Position numbers and translations under genes: made by a program. From Candidatus Hadarchaeales archaeon (GTDB lineage Archaea; Hadarchaeota; Hadarchaeia; Hadarchaeales; Hadarchaeaceae): a stretch of 28,361 nt of DNA. Shown here piece by piece: positions 26,138-28,361 of this stretch (position 1 is its first letter; every line of letters begins with the position of its first letter). The notes beneath the pieces were generated by a model. It had not been told where the DNA came from. It did not search any database and saw only the letters and a list, made by a program, of their open reading frames with translations. The stretch lies in contig JAWCKV010000008.1 in assembly GCA_038851565.1 (NCBI GenBank), positions 1 through 28,361 on the forward strand, given 5' to 3'.

Positions 26138-28361
26138 ATGAAGGCCCGCAAAGGCGTCAGACTGTTCGGCGTGATACTGGTTGTCGTGGCAATCACCCCA
26201 CTTATCCTCTTCATGTTCTCCGCTACCGCTCCGGTCGTTTCTGCCAACGGCTATCCCTATCAGGGGAGCGGTACACCGGGAGACCCTTACATAGTCGAGA
26301 ACCTTGAGGGGCTGGACAACATCAGAAACAACCTGTCCGCGCACTACGCCCTGGGATGCGACATAGATGCCTCCGACACGAGGTACTGGAACGACAACGG
26401 TGATGGTGGGTATTACGGGTTTGTGCCCATAGGGACGGAAACTACTCCTTTCACAGGGAGCCTCGATGGTCGTGGACACAAAATCTCAAACCTATACATA
26501 AACCGTCCGGACAAGAACTACGTCGGGCTCTTCGGCTTTATTGCGAAAACCAGCGTGGAAAATGCTGTCCTGAACCTTGGACTTGACAACGAAAACATCA
26601 CCGGGTCTGGATTTGTGGGAGGACTTGCGGGGGTTAACGATAACGGAATCATCGACAACTGCTATGCCACCGGGCCCCACCTAGGGGGTGATGAGGAATA
26701 CGCAGGAGGACTTGTGGGTTATAATTCAGGCTTGATCACAAACTGTTACTCCACCTTTGAGAGCGTGATCGGAAATTACGATGTTGGAGGGCTGGTCGGG
26801 AGGAACGAGGAGAACATTGAGAACTGCTATGCGGTGGTAGAATACGTGGTCGGGATTTCGAATAACGATTATTTCGGCGGGCTGGTCGGCACCAACTATG
26901 ATACAGGGTCCATCAGAAACTGCCATGCCGAAATTAAAAACGTTGGAGGAAACAACAACTATGTCGGCGGCCTTGTTGGGTGGAACGATGGCGAAATTGA
27001 TAACTGCTATGCCACCGTGGACAATGCTGCTGGAAACGATTACGTTGGAGGGCTGGTCGGATTTAACAGTGGATGGATCGATAACTGCAATGCCACCGGC
27101 GACAATGTGACAGGGAAGCGCTGGGTGGGAGGACTTGTCGGACTGAATAATGATAACATAGAGCAATGTCATGCCGATCTGTACAAGCTTGTAGGAGAGA
27201 ACTTTGTAGGAGGGCTGGTTGGGTCTAACGTTGATGGAGAAATTGTGAGCTGCCATGCACACGTGGACAATGTTGCCGGAATCGAGAACGTGGGGGGCTT
27301 GATAGGGTTTAACTCCGGATATTTATATTATTGTTATGCCACCGGGTGCGTTTACGTGAATCCGACGATTGGAAAATATACAGGAGGACTTGTGGGGTAC
27401 AACGAAGCCGGACTGATTTCAAACTGCTATTCCATCGACAACATGTTAGGAAATGATTATTACGGTGGATTAGTTGGACTCAACAACGGGGACATTGTGA
27501 ACTGCTATTCAGTCACGGTATTTTCCGGTGGAGATGACAACTTCGGAGGACTGGTCGGGGGCTCAACCGGCGGGATCATTTCCAACTCCTTCTGGGACAA
27601 CGAGACCTCCGGAAAATCCACAAGCGCTGGCGGCACCGGAAAGACAACCGAGAACATGAAGAACGTCAGGACCTACACAGACACCTCGTGGAGCACCGGT
27701 TTGGACACTCCCTGGGACTTTATTGGAAATCCGTACGAGGACATCGAAAATGCGAACATCTGGAAGATTGGGGCGACAAAGAACGACGGATACCCGATCC
27801 TGTGGTGGCAGAATGCCCCGCCGACAGCTCCGACCTCCCTGACGTTGCCGTCATCCATCAAGGTCACGCAAACTTTGACGGCGACCGCCTCTGGATCCAC
27901 CGACCCAGACAACGACAGCATAACCTACCTGTACATGTTCTACAACGTGACCGACGCCGCCGTGAGGCGTGACTGGAGCGATAACAACAGCTACGTGATC
28001 ACCTCCTCTGACGCGCACGACAACATTGCCGTGTACGTGAGGGCAAGCGATAACATTGAGAACTCTGCCGATCTCGAAAACTGCATCCTCGTGGGCAACT
28101 TTGCCCCAGTCGCATACGATCTAGAGACCGAAGGACAGACCAATCCGACTAACCTGACCACCTACACCCCGACTTTCACCTGGGAGTTCTCTGACATGGA
28201 CGGGGACGGCCAGGTGCAGAGGCAGATACAGGTGGGCACATCTCAGAACGGAAACGACATGTGGGACAGCACACTCTCCACGTCTTCGCAGTCAGCCGTC
28301 TACGCCGGATCGACCCTGAGCAGAGGGGTCACGTACTACTGGAGGGTTAAAGTGTATGACG
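26138..28361 (+). CDS. Large secreted GLUG-repeat protein with Ig/FN3-like domains (3' end truncated)
   Basis: Not in ORF track (no stop). MKARKGVRLFGVILVVVAITPLILFMFSA signal; GSGTPGDPYIV, DIDAS, FTGSLDGRGHKISNLYI, many VGGLVG.N...I.NCYA repeats, FWDNETSG, GYPIL, NAPPTAP, PTFTWEF..TYYWRVKVYD; frame consistent at both ends. Confidence 0.9.
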   Translation, partial: MKARKGVRLFGVILVVVAITPLILFMFSATAPVVSANGYPYQGSGTPGDPYIVENLEGLDNIRNNLSAHYALGCDIDASDTRYWNDNGDGGYYGFVPIGTETTPFTGSLDGRGHKISNLYINRPDKNYVGLFGFIAKTSVENAVLNLGLDNENITGSGFVGGLAGVNDNGIIDNCYATGPHLGGDEEYAGGLVGYNSGLITNCYSTFESVIGNYDVGGLVGRNEENIENCYAVVEYVVGISNNDYFGGLVGTNYDTGSIRNCHAEIKNVGGNNNYVGGLVGWNDGEIDNCYATVDNAAGNDYVGGLVGFNSGWIDNCNATGDNVTGKRWVGGLVGLNNDNIEQCHADLYKLVGENFVGGLVGSNVDGEIVSCHAHVDNVAGIENVGGLIGFNSGYLYYCYATGCVYVNPTIGKYTGGLVGYNEAGLISNCYSIDNMLGNDYYGGLVGLNNGDIVNCYSVTVFSGGDDNFGGLVGGSTGGIISNSFWDNETSGKSTSAGGTGKTTENMKNVRTYTDTSWSTGLDTPWDFIGNPYEDIENANIWKIGATKNDGYPILWWQNAPPTAPTSLTLPSSIKVTQTLTATASGSTDPDNDSITYLYMFYNVTDAAVRRDWSDNNSYVITSSDAHDNIAVYVRASDNIENSADLENCILVGNFAPVAYDLETEGQTNPTNLTTYTPTFTWEFSDMDGDGQVQRQIQVGTSQNGNDMWDSTLSTSSQSAVYAGSTLSRGVTYYWRVKVYD

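Noticed and set aside
26500..27560. Periodic ggagg(a/g)ct(t/g)gtcgg motifs as a CRISPR-like array
   Set aside because: They encode degenerate GGLVG (GLUG) protein repeats
25933..27972. Short ORFs listed in the track across this region
   Set aside because: They overlap tRNA-Met or are antisense/alternate frames of the GLUG gene

Overview
Archaeal chromosomal window (GGTGA-type RBS, BRE/TATA promoters, BHB-intron tRNAs, RadA, NMD3, archaeal-type ThrRS); a euryarchaeal, possibly Hadarchaeota-like, host is my inference only. Housekeeping content: ilvB-ilvH-ilvC/ilvD interrupted by a flavodoxin, nmd3/thrS, an MFS transporter, radA, alanine dehydrogenase, Lhr helicase, acylphosphatase, a thermonuclease-like protein, five tandem CBS-only genes, rpiA and three tRNAs (Arg-CCU with intron, Gly-CCC, Met-CAU with intron). 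Two large secreted proteins are cut by the window edges and are missing from the ORF track. Main highlights: (1) a three-gene operon at 13065-16304 encoding a short, apparently hingeless SMC ATPase with Smc5/6-type motifs, a kleisin and an Nse3/MAGE-like kite, divergent from an unknown gene and radA; (2) a tRNA-Met intron carrying a box D/C motif and a 10-nt guide that by the D+5 rule targets C34 of its own pre-tRNA; (3) an unannotated 4-oxalocrotonate tautomerase that appears to start at CTG; (4) atypical anticodon loops in tRNA-Gly (C33) and tRNA-Arg (G32). All family calls come from motif recognition by eye; no searches were run.
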